From Octopus vulgaris (Eukaryota), in the NCBI GenBank assembly GCA_951406725.2, contig OX597839.1, forward strand, positions 14,694,001-14,758,000: 64,000 nt of DNA. The letters are read 5' to 3'. The position numbers were made by a program, and so were the translations under genes. Every line of letters begins with the position of its first letter. The first letter of the stretch is position 1. Below the pieces are notes generated by a model that saw only the letters and a program-made list of their open reading frames with translations, did not search any database and was not told the DNA's origin. Of this stretch, positions 1 through 12,152 are shown in pieces.

Positions 1-84
1 GATATATGTATGTGTTAGGAAGGCATTCCTAGCACAGTGTGAGTGTGTGCCCCAGTGAAAATAACTAACAGCAAAGAGTGTTGA

Positions 85-530
85 AGTAACAGAAGGAGTG
101 AGATGTGATTATGAAGCAGAAAATATCGAGAAGTGATTAAGTACCAGGACATTGTGAAACATAAATTAGTAACAGGACATGGTGAAATGTGATTAAAATA
201 ACAGAAACATTGTGAGATGTAATTAAGTAATGGAACATTGTGAGATGTAATTAAGGAACAGAAACATTGTGAGATGTAATTAAGTAATGAAGCATTGTGA
301 GATGTAATTAAGTAACAGAAACATTGTGAGATGTAATTAAGTAACAGAAACATTGTGAGGTGTAAATACATAACAGAACATTGAGATGTGATTAAAAACA
401 GAACAATGTGAGATGTAATTAAGTAACAGAACATTGAGAAGTGTAAATAAATAACAAAACATTGTGAATTGAAATTATGTACCAAAACAGTGAAATATAA
501 TTAAATAATGAAACTTGTGAAATGTGATCA
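85..530. repeat. Minisatellite, ~29-bp unit (GAAACATTGTGAGATGTAATTAAGTAACA), degenerate at both ends
   Basis: Unit recurs in tandem, best conserved at ~200-430. It explains the spurious ORF 15..485. Confidence 0.9.
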
Positions 531-872
531 AGAAAGATAAAAAAAAATGTGTGCAAACATAATCATGACAAGCAGTGTAAGGTTTGTGGTGTAATTGTTT
601 AAGCCTTAAACATTCTTTCTTTTTGGTGCAAAGCCATCAATTTCGAAGGGAGGGGGCAAGTCGATTACATCAACATTACATTGACCCCTGCACTCAACAG
701 GTACTTTATTTTGCAGACCTCCAAAAGGATGAAAGGCAAAATTGACCTTGGTGGCATTTGAACTCAGAACATCAAGAACTGGAAGAAATGCCACCAAGCA
801 TTTTCTTTGGCACAGTAATGATTCTGTAAGCTTGCCATCTTATATAAGCCTTAATGATATTGCCTTATATTA

Positions 873-1105
873 TGGCAGCGAGCTGGTAGAATCGTTAGCA
901 CGCCGGGTGAAATGTTTAGCGATATTTCATTTGCTGTTATGTTCTGAGTTCAAATTCCACCAAGGTCAACTTTGTCTTTCATCCTTTCGGGGTCGATTAA
1001 GTAAGTACCAGTTACACCCCGGGGTCGATGTAATCGACTTGATCCGTTTGTCTGTCTTTGTTTGTCCTCTCTGTGTTTGGCCCCTTGTGGGTGGTAAAGA
1101 AATAG
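873..1105 (+). mobile_element. tRNA-derived SINE
   Basis: Head GGCAGCGAGCTGGTAGAATCGTTAGCACGCCGGG and B-box-like GAGTTCAAATTCC. Near-identical to 15279-15492; a degenerate inverted copy lies at ~606-840. Confidence 0.8.
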
Positions 1106-4007
1106 ATATTGTCTTATATCTACTCATTTAATGACTCTGTTTTATCACTAATTTGGCAAGTATAAAGAAAGCTGAGCAGGCCTAATAATACTGAAATGTA
1201 TCCAGAGTTGTTGGCCATAGTAGTCAAAATCAAATTAAATTAATATTATTCCTTGAAAGTAATGTTGTTTTCTTCTCACCACCTAGGTATTAGAAAAACA
1301 TTTAAATATCTTCCCTGTGATATTACACATGACAGCAACTAACTTCACTGTTATTTGTTATTTTACACATCAACGGTGTCCCTAGATAATTTTCTTCAGT
1401 CATTTCACTATAGCCTGTTAAGTATGCTTCAAGGTTTTAAGTCACAAAACATTGTCAAGTCATATATATATATATATATGGTATTTTCTATGGTAAACAA
1501 TTTATATGGCTAATTTGAAATTTAAGGTAAATGTTTTAATAAATATACAATCTAGCTTTGCTTTCAAAAGTAAACAAACCAGTTAGTCTTCAATTATGTA
1601 TTCATGTGATATATAACGAACTAAACAAATTTATATTCATTAACATAATATACTTCATATCTTAAGATAATTTGTTGTTGTTTAGCTTCTGGGTCATTTC
1701 TTATCATGGAACAGGCTTATGATTAAAGTGTAGCAGAGCTACATATTGCATAGTAATATTTGAGTCGACCAGCACAGCAGATGAATATATCGATGAGGCG
1801 TTTAGCCTCACTTTGATACAGTAGCCTTATTCTGAGCTACACTGTAGAAGTACACAGTTCCTGCCAGATTTCAGTCAAAGACACATGTCTTCTCTGTAGC
1901 TCTACACGCAAGTCTCTCACGTGCGACTCACATGTCTATTCACCTCGGTATTCCAGCTGTCATCATCCCCTCTCTATTTAAAGTGTAACGTATGTAGGAC
2001 TAAATATTCTAGAGTCACATATCTCATTCAGTTGAGATCTGTGCAACTTTTTGTATCTCCATGACTACATCATCCAATGTGTCACTCCTTCTTTTAAGAT
2101 GGTATATGCTATTTAAAGGCAATTTCATTGCTATTTGTAGAATGTTGAGCAACCACATAGAAGTTCCTCTTTTACTGGATTATTATATAATTTGCAAAAT
2201 ATATAAAAATCTTCAGAGAAGTTATCTGTTTAGTGGGGTTGGTCATTTTATCAGCATGAATGATTTTAACTTAAAAACTAGACGGTGTCACACAACTACA
2301 TAAATATGGTACCATGTTTCCAGTTGTCTCAAGAATCCCTTAAAGGCAAGTAAATAAATACATATACCAACTCAAATTTATAATAGGTCCTGAGTTTATA
2401 CCACAGGATGGTCCGGAAGGGAATGAAGTTCAATTAACTACTTTTGCTCATCATTAAAGATTGCTCACCTCTACCTTCCAAACTACTGAAACAAATTAGC
2501 ATAAAGCAGCTTATTAAAATGTAATGAGGATTCTGAGTGGCACAACTTCATATATGTAATGGTGCCAGGTCGACGACTTACATATGAATAACTAGAGAAC
2601 CTATACAGCAGCATGGGAGTTGAAAATATTTATGGAGTCATGGATTTGACTCTGCTTACATATTCATATACAATGTATACTTGATTGGCACTGTTTAATT
2701 AAAAAACAGTGTTCGACTCTCTTTCAGGCATTTATTGAAAGAAAGACAAGTCCACTAGAAGATATGATGCCAATCCCCTACTAGATAGAATGCAGGTGTG
2801 ATTTTCAAATAGTACCTATTCCTAACAGCTATTGTACTGAGACGTAGTATTAAATGTAATGTTCAAATATACTTCAGAATACTAGTAGTAGATTTTGACA
2901 GGCATTCTTGTACCACAATCCAATTAACAATTTTACTTCTACTACACCTTATATACAATATATATATAAAAGTTTGTTTTTAATCACTCCTGCTTTATGG
3001 AGTGTGCAACACTGAATAACTTCTATCCATTCAAAACACTATAACATAAATCTGTTATTCAAAGAACTATTTCTGCATCATAAATTTATTATTCATGAGA
3101 TTATCTGTAACATAAATCTGTCATTCAAAGGACTATCTCTCTATCATAAACCTATTATTCAAATGACACTTTATCACAGACCTAATCTCTGTATCATCAG
3201 ATACCTAATCTCTGGGCAAGAAGGAATTCCAATGTGGATGTTCAACTAATTAGAAATGGCAGTGAAATGTACATTAACTCATATCCAGAATCTTAAAAGG
3301 ATGCACACTACATAATAAGGGGCCTATATACACTATGTCTAAATATAAAAATATATAAAAAATAGGATGATTATAGCCAGAAATCTTTGAACTGCTCAAT
3401 TAGGGTTGACTAGGAGCTAAATAACACCAAAACGCTAACTTCTATGTAGTTTGTTGAACTGCTTGTGTTTTCAGTTTTATATCTAAGGACACCATGCTCT
3501 CCAACCACAAGAAAGACAGGATGTCTCAGTTAGAAACACTAAATTAAATGCTGAAGTTCATCACTTATGTCTGTTCTAGCTTTGGTCAAATGCAAACAGA
3601 GCTGGCTGGAAATTTTAAAACATTTTTACATATCTTGTAAAGTAACAATTCATTGTTGCTTATTCAGCATGTCTGTTTTGAAGCCGATAGGGTGTAATTT
3701 GAATGAGATCTGATTGCTATTTCTAGCATAAAAAACAGCTACATAAAAACAACTAAGTAGAGGTTCCCTCATGGGCAGCATGGGAGTCCCATGAATGGGG
3801 AAGAAATGTCAAATGTCACCAAAAATGATATAAGAGCAAGAAAATGTATTCATATATCAGTGATCAATTTTCATGTTAAAAGGTGGAAAGAAATAAAACA
3901 AACAGAGTGTTTCAGGATAAAAAGTGGAGCAGAATCATTCAAAAAACTAAATGATTTGCTCATAGTACCAAGAGAAAATAAAACCATAATATATAGAGAT
4001 AACTTAC

Positions 4008-4115
4008 TGCAGTTGTATTCATCAGATCCATCAGAACATTCACGTCTTCCATTGCAAGCATAAGATTCTAGAATGCACTGTCCGTTTCTGCATGTAAACT
4101 CTCCCTCACTACATC
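4008..4115 (-). CDS. Internal exon, LDLa module ([35 protein letters not shown])
   Basis: 108 bp; acceptor tctttattcttccag, donor gtaagt; phase 1-1; six Cys and SDE motif. Not in the ORF track. Confidence 0.93.
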
Positions 4116-5199
4116 CTGGAAGAATAAAGATTTATAGAAATAATGGTGATTTGGGGAATAGTTTGAAAGAACAAATCATTTTATTATCGTATATTTAAAA
4201 ATTCTACTTATGTGTTTCAATTAATTTTGAAAATAAAAGTTTCAAGGGATTTAGTAAAATAACTTTTTCCATTAAAGCTAATGTTTGGAGCAGAACTAAA
4301 TTTTTTTTCTTAAAACTGTGATGGAAGGTTTGAATCTAAATATGAACACTTGAAAACAGGTTTTGTATCATAGATATAAGGGCAGTCTCAAGTAGGTTAA
4401 CATTGAAAGGGTAAAATAAAAAAAAATACAATGCTACTAAAATTAAGATAGGATAGAGGGAGATTGTGTTAACCTACCTTTGACCATGTTTTTATTGAAA
4501 TTTAAAATGTGTTTTAATCAGCTTGTCAAAATAATTGAGAATTTGAAGGGATAAAATAAAATGATTAACTTTTATTGTTAAATTATTTGGAACATAACTT
4601 TACAAAAGGTTCCTTAAGCCTGTGTGGTTAAAGGGTACAGGCTTGGCTGTGCAATAAAGAAGTTCAATTTGCAACCAGAGTTCCATGTTCAAGGCTACCA
4701 CACAGCAACGTAGTTGTCTTCTAGCATAGGCTCAAGCTGATCGATATCATGAGAATGGGTAAACAGAAACTATGTAGATATCCATCACATTTGTGAATGC
4801 AGATGTATCTCCTGCCAATATATATATTAGTTAGTAAAAAGAGAAACTTATGAAGTGAGTCTTTTAAGCAAAAATTCTTTATGCTATTTGTTCAGCCAGA
4901 GTTAGACAGACATGAGTATGCTTGTCTTTCTTTGCATTATAACTGCAATGAGTCAATGGGGACACACTGAAAACAATCCTGTGCCAATAAGGCTATTCTT
5001 CCCAAAATCCATAATATAAAATAAAAGTAATTAAATTTTAAAAAAATAATTCTATGATTTGGGGTAAATTGATTACAATATGAACATTTCTAAAAGAGAT
5101 AGTCTGTATTATAGAACCAAATGCAATCTTAAGTAGACTGGTATCAAACTGAGTTAAGAAAACAACACACAATTAAACAATATACATATGTATACTTAC

Positions 5200-5307
5200 T
5201 GCAGTTCACTTCATCAGAACCATCACGGCAGTCTTGTCTTCCATTGCAAACTGCTGATTTTTGAACGCAGTCACCATTTCTGCATGTAAACTGTTGTTCA
5301 GTACATC
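5200..5307 (-). CDS. Internal exon, LDLa module ([35 protein letters not shown])
   Basis: 108 bp; acceptor tatttttccag, donor gtaagt; phase 1-1; DCxDGSDE motif. Confidence 0.93.
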
Positions 5308-5725
5308 CTGGAAAAATAGGAATTTGACAAATGCAAAAATAAGTTTTCTAATTCCACTGTAAATGGAATGGAATGGAAAATTCTGTTAGGGTAGTCTTTA
5401 ATTATAATTCCATTCGCATTTAAGGTGCATTGTTGGAAAATTCAATAGATCCTAGTTCTATATTTCTGACAGTTGCTCAAAGCTACACATTTTAGGAGAA
5501 GGTGTAGTCAATTAAATTTTATCCAGTATTTTACCTACTTCATTACTCCACCAAACTCAGAAAAATGATAGTGAGATTTAAACTCAGAATGTAAAGAGTG
5601 GTAACTTAATAATTTTGTCCAGCACTCTATCACTTTTGCCAACCTAAAGTATATTTAAAACAGAAGTTCCAACAAAGCTGAATCTATAAATGGAGTACAA
5701 TAAATCGTGTAAAGTTGCTTGTAGT

Positions 5726-6026
5726 CAGTGGCAGACTGGCCGGGCTGCCAGCCTGCCTGATGGCAAGTGGAACTCTGCGCCATTAGAATCCATATATGGG
5801 GGCCCATGTTAGTATCTAAGGGACATATCCCCTAAGGTTTGAGAATTTTTTATTCACTTCTGGAAGAATGCATTAATTATTTCAGCCTCGCTGTGCCTGT
5901 AGACAGGTGAAAAGAATACTTTTAACAACAACAACAAAAAAAAAAAAAAGAGGGATACCATTGTGGTTGTGGGTGGATTCCCTTAGTCTCCTGGCAACCA
6001 ATATTTTTAGACCCAGTCCACCACTG
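5726..6026. mobile_element. Non-autonomous hAT-type MITE
   Basis: Imperfect TIRs CAGTGGCAGACTGG / CCAGTCCACCACTG, flanked by a perfect 8-bp TSD CTTGTAGT (5718-5725 and 6027-6034). Confidence 0.85.
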
Positions 6027-7132
6027 CTTGTAGTACAGTATATAAACCATCTTACATTAACAATAAATATTGCTACAAATAACATTTAACTTCATGTCAG
6101 CCCTAGCAGGACAGACCTATAATGAAAGGTATATTCCAGCCATGACCACTCCATCCTTCTTTCAAGTACTGAATCTTTAGAACTACATTATCTCTCACTT
6201 TCTGAAGCAGTGAGGGTATAATTTAAAGATTTTCACTGCTATTTCCAGTAGGTCAGAGGACCACACTGAAGCTCCCTCATTGGACTGACAAATAACAGTA
6301 AATCTTGCTGCCCAATAAGTTGATACCTATTTACTATAGCTATTCAAACTCTATATTCTATGTATATAAAACCATTTTAACAAATAACTTATGTTATAAA
6401 AAGCTCACTTTTCTACAGATTACAGATACCAAGCAATAGATTTACCATTTCTCGCTAATCACAGTTGCAAATCAGAACTGTGTAACAATAAATATAACTA
6501 ACTATTTTAACTATTAAAACGTGTTGTGGCCATGCTGGGGCACCACCATTCTGTTATCAGAGTTTTATTTTTATTTTAGATAATTCGTATTGTAATCAGT
6601 CAACAAATGGTGACAGGTTTCTAATTGACCAATCACTGGTTCACTGCATATGTAACAATGAGTATGACAAGGAAGTATTTGTAACTTAGAGCAGAACAAA
6701 TATCTCAAGGACCTCTGTTAGTTAAGTATTAGGTTTTTGGTTTTCCCACTGAAGCACATCAATGGAAGACACACACATACACAGTGGCTTGTCTGTTCTT
6801 GTCCAAAGTCCAACCCATGCCAGCATGGAAAAAGGACATTAAATGATCACACACACACACATACCATATTAGTCCAGTTCATTCAGCTATAAAATGAGTC
6901 GTGACGTCACTGGTGCCAAGTTGTATAGGTCTTTGCCTTTCTTTTGGATAACATCAGAGGTATAGAGAGGGAAGACTGGTATGCATGGGCAACTGCTGGA
7001 CTTTCATAAACAAATTTGCCCAGACAAGTACCTTGGAGGGGAACTTTCTAGGTGCAATCCCATGGTCATTCATGACTGAGGGGGGTCTTTACTCTGAGTG
7101 TGTATATACATTATATATATATATATACATAT

Positions 7133-7368
7133 CTGTCGGGCATGTGGAAGAGAGTGTAATTCGGCAGGAGGACTTAAATGACATGCAAAGGTACATGAAG
7201 CCCATTTACAACTACAGCCGGCTATTACCGGTAAAGGTATTAGTTGCCAATTCTGTACAAGACATTGTAGATCTTTAGCTGGGCTAAAAAGTCACATTCG
7301 ATCATAGCACCAATAACAGTTAAGCTTTGTGCAATGGCCAAACTCGATAACGAGGGAGCAGCCATCAT
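7133..7368 (+). mobile_element. 3' fragment of an RTE-type LINE with two decayed C2H2 zinc fingers
   Basis: Translates CRACGRECNSAGGLK*HAKVH and CQFCTRHCRSLAGLKSHIRS*; flanked by TA runs. Confidence 0.65.
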
Positions 7369-7381
7369 GTATATATATATA

Positions 7382-7776
7382 CTAGCAGTATCGCCCGGCG
7401 TTGCTCGGGTTTGTAAGGGAAATAATTATATAAGCATTTTTAGAGATGTAAAGTATAATAGCCATCTCAATATGGCTAACCACAAAGGGGGAGGGGTGTT
7501 ACTGTAGCTTTTTACGTTCTGAGATTTAATAATAAATTTTAGAGAGTTACTTCCCTTATATATGTCAAAAATGGATTAAAAATGGGAAAAATTGATGGTA
7601 AATTTTTTTTAAAATCGTAGACTCATCGTAGACACGCGCTAATACCCAGACGGTCTCGATATGAATCATGACTATAAGATACCCGGTTTTGGTTAAACTG
7701 CACCGCAAAATGTGAGAGTAGTTAGGAATCTAAATCGTAGGAGACAGACACACAACCTCACTTTTATATATAAAGA
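7382..7776 (-). mobile_element. Non-autonomous Helitron
   Basis: On the minus strand it starts TCTTTATATA and ends with hairpin CCCGAGCAACGCCGGG plus CTAG, between A and T. Homologous to 58671-59065. Confidence 0.8.
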
Positions 7777-7932
7777 TTTCCTCTATTTACATAATATTGA
7801 GGTCTCTTTCTTTCATTTGTTATCTTACTGTTTTTACCAATATACATATATATATATAAATATATATATAGTTACAGAGATGTACTTGCATAGCAAGTGA
7901 CTTGATCTGAGATCGTGTGCTGGAACGAAAAC

Positions 7933-8194
7933 AGTTGCAGCGTTGAAGGTGTTTATAAGCCATTTAAGAAACACACAAAAACCGTTAGATTCACTTCAAC
8001 ATTTAAATTTAATTTGTCAAAATATTTTCGTCGCTTTGAGACCGCGACCTGTTAGCACGATATTTTTGTCAGTGAACAGGTCGCGGTCTCAAAGCGAGGA
8101 AAATATTTTGGCAAATTAAATTTAAATGTTGAAGTGAATCTAAGGGTTTTTGTGTGTTTCTTAAATGGCTTACAAACACCTTCCACGCTGCAAT
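7933..8194. repeat. ~120-bp-arm inverted repeat, probably a Penelope-like element end
   Basis: TTGCAGCGTTGAAGGTG...GACCTGTT is mirrored by AACAGGTC...CACCTTCCACGCTGCAA around a ~20-nt spacer. Confidence 0.85.
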
Positions 8195-8544
8195 ATATAT
8201 ATACACACACATATATATATGTATGTATGTATGTATGTGTGTATATGTGTATGCATGTATGTGTGTGTGTGTGCGTGTCTGTGCTTGTGATTGTCCTCCA
8301 CCACTGCTTGACAACGAATGTTGGTTTGTTTACATCCCTGTCACCTAGTGGTTTGACAAAGGAAACAGATAGAATAAGTACAATGCTTACAAAAATAAAA
8401 CTGGAGTTGATTCATTAAACTACAATTCTTCAAGGCATTGCCCCAGCATGGCCACAGACCAATGGCTGGAAAAAGCAGAAGAATAAAAGAATACATTCTC
8501 TGCTTTGGTCTTATGTTCAAGGCATGAGAAAGCTTGAGTTTACA

Positions 8545-8822
8545 TGAGAAGGCCTAACAGACCTGGTAGAAACAGCAGCCAAATCTCCCTCAAATCACAC
8601 CTTACTGTCTTATGTATATATATATGAGCCAATGAGGGGGACCTCTACATGGTAGCTAGACCTGGTAGAAATAGCAGCCAAATTTCCCCCAAATCACACC
8701 TTACTGTCTTATCTATGTATATATGTATGTATGAGCCTATGAGGGAGACCCCTACATGGCAGCTAGACATGGTAGAAATAGCAGCCAAATCTCCCTCAAA
8801 TCACACCTTACTGTCTTATGTA
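8545..8822. repeat. Local tandem triplication (~100-bp unit) of an old interspersed repeat
   Basis: GGTAGAAAYAGCAGCCAAATYTCCCYCAAATCACACCTTACTGTCTTAT occurs three times; related single copies at ~2090, 3690, 6190, 9960 and 21230. Confidence 0.8.
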
Positions 8823-8868
8823 TGTATATATATATATATATACAAGCCACTACGGTTATTTAATGTAA

Positions 8869-9318
8869 AGTCTTCCTCAAATCACTCTCGCTATTTACTC
8901 TCTTCCAAGAACATTTTCACTCACTCTTATCTCTTAGCTTGCCATACATTTTACTCATGTATCTATCAGCGTGATAGACAGAAACAAATATTACATCGCC
9001 ATCGCCATCGCATTCTATTGTCTACCTGTCAACACACACACAGTGAATTACTTTCATTTTATTCGTTGCACACTGTGTGTGTGCGTGTGCGTGTGGTGTA
9101 AACCACATTAAGAAAAGCATTTGACATACACACCAGAATGTGAGTTTTCTGTAAATTTTGCTTAATTGGAGTTTAAATTTTAAAAACTGGACCTGGCATG
9201 ACTTGATGCATTCTACTCTTAAAAATGCTAGGTAAATTGTAATTGAAGAAATCCTATATTGTAGATTTCTATAACTGACAAAGGGAGGCAGATAAAATCT
9301 GCCTTTTATAATAAGAGA
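8869..9318 (-). mobile_element. 5' portion of a second Helitron-like element
   Basis: Reverse complement of 57891-58290; begins TCTCTTATTATAAAAGG next to a TA run. Confidence 0.7.
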
Positions 9319-10112
9319 TATATATATATAAATTAGAAAAAAAAACCCCACTTTTTATCGATTCAATAATGAAAAATTAAATTATATTTAGAAAAATTAC
9401 ATATTATAGAAAAATTTAATATAAGATAAAACATATAACAATGATTAATTAATATGCAAAATAGTAAATAAAATGTATATATTTGGCAGAATAACGGCAC
9501 CTGTTTTGTGGCTATATTTAAGAAATGATAATAGTAATACACACACACACTCATGCCACACATGCAGTATATAAGCTTCTGTGCTGTTTCAAATTTCACT
9601 CCCACAGTATTGGTGAAGTAGAAATTGTAGTCAAAGACATTTCTTCAAAGTGCTGCACAGTGGGATCAAATGAAATATAGAATATGGTTGTGAAGCAAAT
9701 TTCTAAACTATACAACCATACTTGAACACATTGAATTTTAAATTCATAGCATTTTGCAGTATAAAATAATGATTGGGAAAATCCAATACAACACTGGGCC
9801 TGTGTACAGCACAACAGAAAAGAAAACAAATTGCATATATTATAACATCAAGTTAGCTCTGATTGAAAGACATTTCAATCATGACCATCCCATCATATTT
9901 TCAGACATTGTATTTAAAAAGGACTAAGACTACATTAGCCATTGTGGTCTTTCTTTTCTTATAATGGTAGGATATAATGAGGAGATATGGCTGCTTTTTC
10001 TAGCAGGTCAAGCAAACATGCAGAAGTATTTTTCTTGGGCTTATATAGATGGGTATATTTACGGTTTGTGACTGAGTCTGGGATATAATAGGGGTTTTCC
10101 TGAAATAATTAC

Positions 10113-10226
10113 CTGAACATTCTGCCTCATCAAACCCATTTCTACAATCAATTTGACCATTGCATACCAAAGACAAGTCTAAGCAGCGGCCATCACACTG
10201 GAACTGGTTAGCTGTACATACTATGG
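10113..10226 (-). CDS. Internal exon, LDLa module (IVCTANQFQCDGRCLDLSLVCNGQIDCRNGFDEAECS)
   Basis: 114 bp; acceptor tttttcttgttctttag, donor gtaatt; phase 1-1; six Cys. Not in the ORF track. Confidence 0.9.
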
Positions 10227-10761
10227 CTAAAGAACAAGAAAAATAAAAAAGAGATAAGTATTTGAAATAACAATCACATTGAATTTATTGATTCTTGAAA
10301 AGAAGAAAATATAATTATTTTGATGGGAATTGCAATCTGTGCTTAGAAGAGAGAAATTTCATGAAAAATATCATTTACAAAAGAGAAATGTAAAGAAATT
10401 ATTAATAACAGCATTTTGTATAAATCATTGTCAAATTAAAGCATATGTAAATGTACATATGTGTGTATGCATGTGTGTACATCAGTGTTAGGAAGATAGA
10501 CACTTGTAAATTCATATGTGTGTGTGTGTGTGTGCGCCAGCGACACATAAACACCAAAAGTCCGTTTTGTTAAAGTGGTTGGCATTAGGAGGGGCATCCA
10601 GCAGTAGAAACCATGCCAAATTAGACAATTAGAGTCTGGTGCAGCTCTCTGGCTTACCAACTCCTACAAAACTGTCCAGTCCATACCATCATGGAAAACA
10701 GATGTTAAATGATGATGCTGATGATGCTGATGATAGATACATATATACACACACCCACACA

Positions 10762-10850
<89 letters not shown>

Positions 10851-11678
10851 GCATACACACACGTATGACAAAGCTTTAGCTATACAGTTTCTCAGCTATT
10901 TTAAGTCAGATATACTTTGTGATAGTCGGCATGGTGACATTTGAACTCATGAAACAAAGCAGAATTGAAATAATGATGTGGGTGATATGTTGATGGTATA
11001 ATAGGTTCAATGAATAAAAACAGTATTTAATATATTTGGATGAGAATAGTTGAAATAAACAAGGAAATATATGTCATATATTTTTTGCCTATATTAATGC
11101 ATGCACATACAGGTTAATGATAATATAACATTAGATTATAAATTTCTATACATATTTATGTGTATATAGTGCGAGGTTGGCAACTGTTGTTTTTTTTGTA
11201 AAACTCCAACAAGTACTCAAAATACATTCAGAAGAAGTTTCATAAATCTTTCTATGTATATATGCTAATTGTTGTTACATTCGTACTTTGGTTTGATGCC
11301 AGTGTTCAGTTGTTGGGTGGTTGTAATTTCCATCTGACTTTCATGGTATTTGAAGAAGCTATAGACTAGATGGTAGAGTGGCAATCTTATCCAGAATAAC
11401 AACAGTTACTAAATACATATACATACATACATATGTCTATTTGCACACATACACACACACTCACAATCACCTTAATATTATTCTCCTCATCTTTTCACAC
11501 TGACTTGTATCAGACTGGTCTTCATTGGTGTCCCTATAAATGGTTTGACCTTATACCATCTTAAATCTTTGATCAATTTCTACCATAAATGCTTTCTACT
11601 ATCAGCACATGGTAGAAATTTTTCACACTGACTACATATTATATCTCATTATATCTACCCATTAGTACATACCCAATT

Positions 11679-12152
11679 ACTTGGGACACAAAACTCTACT
11701 TGTGAAGACCTGTTGAGGCAAGTGAAAATCAACATCAAAATCAAAATCAAAATCGATCAACATCAATGGAATTTGTAACTGTGATACCAGTGCCGGTGGC
11801 ACGTAAGAGAACCATCCGAACGTGGCCGTAGCCAGCGCCGCCCTGACTGGCCTCCATGCCAGTAGCACGTAAAAAGCACCATCCGATCGTGACCGTTGCC
11901 AGCCTCGTCTGGCCTCCATGCCGCTTGCACGTAAAAAGCACCATCCAATCGTAGCCGTTAGCCAGCCTCGTCTGGCACATAAAAAGCACCCACTACACTC
12001 TCGGAGTGGTTGGCGTTAGGAAGGACATCCAGCTGTAGAAACACTGCCAGATTAGACTGGGCCTGGTGCAGCCTTCTGGCTTTCCAGACCCCAGTTGAAC
12101 CGTCCAACCCATGCTAGCATGGAAAGCGGACGTTAAACGATGATGATGATGA
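11679..12152 (+). mobile_element. SINE-like element with internal ~60-bp tandem repeats and a (GAT)n tail
   Basis: Repeated GCACGTAAAAAGCACCATCCGATCGT unit; core GTGGTTGGCGTTAGGAAGG.CATCCAGCTGTAGAAAC shared with ~10575, ~22590 (minus) and ~33580; ends GGACGTTAAACGATGATGATGAT. Confidence 0.75.

Noticed and set aside
15-485. 156-aa repetitive ORF; spaced repeats superficially like a CRISPR array
   Set aside because: Contiguous 29-bp minisatellite with no unique spacers, in a eukaryotic context with no cas genes.
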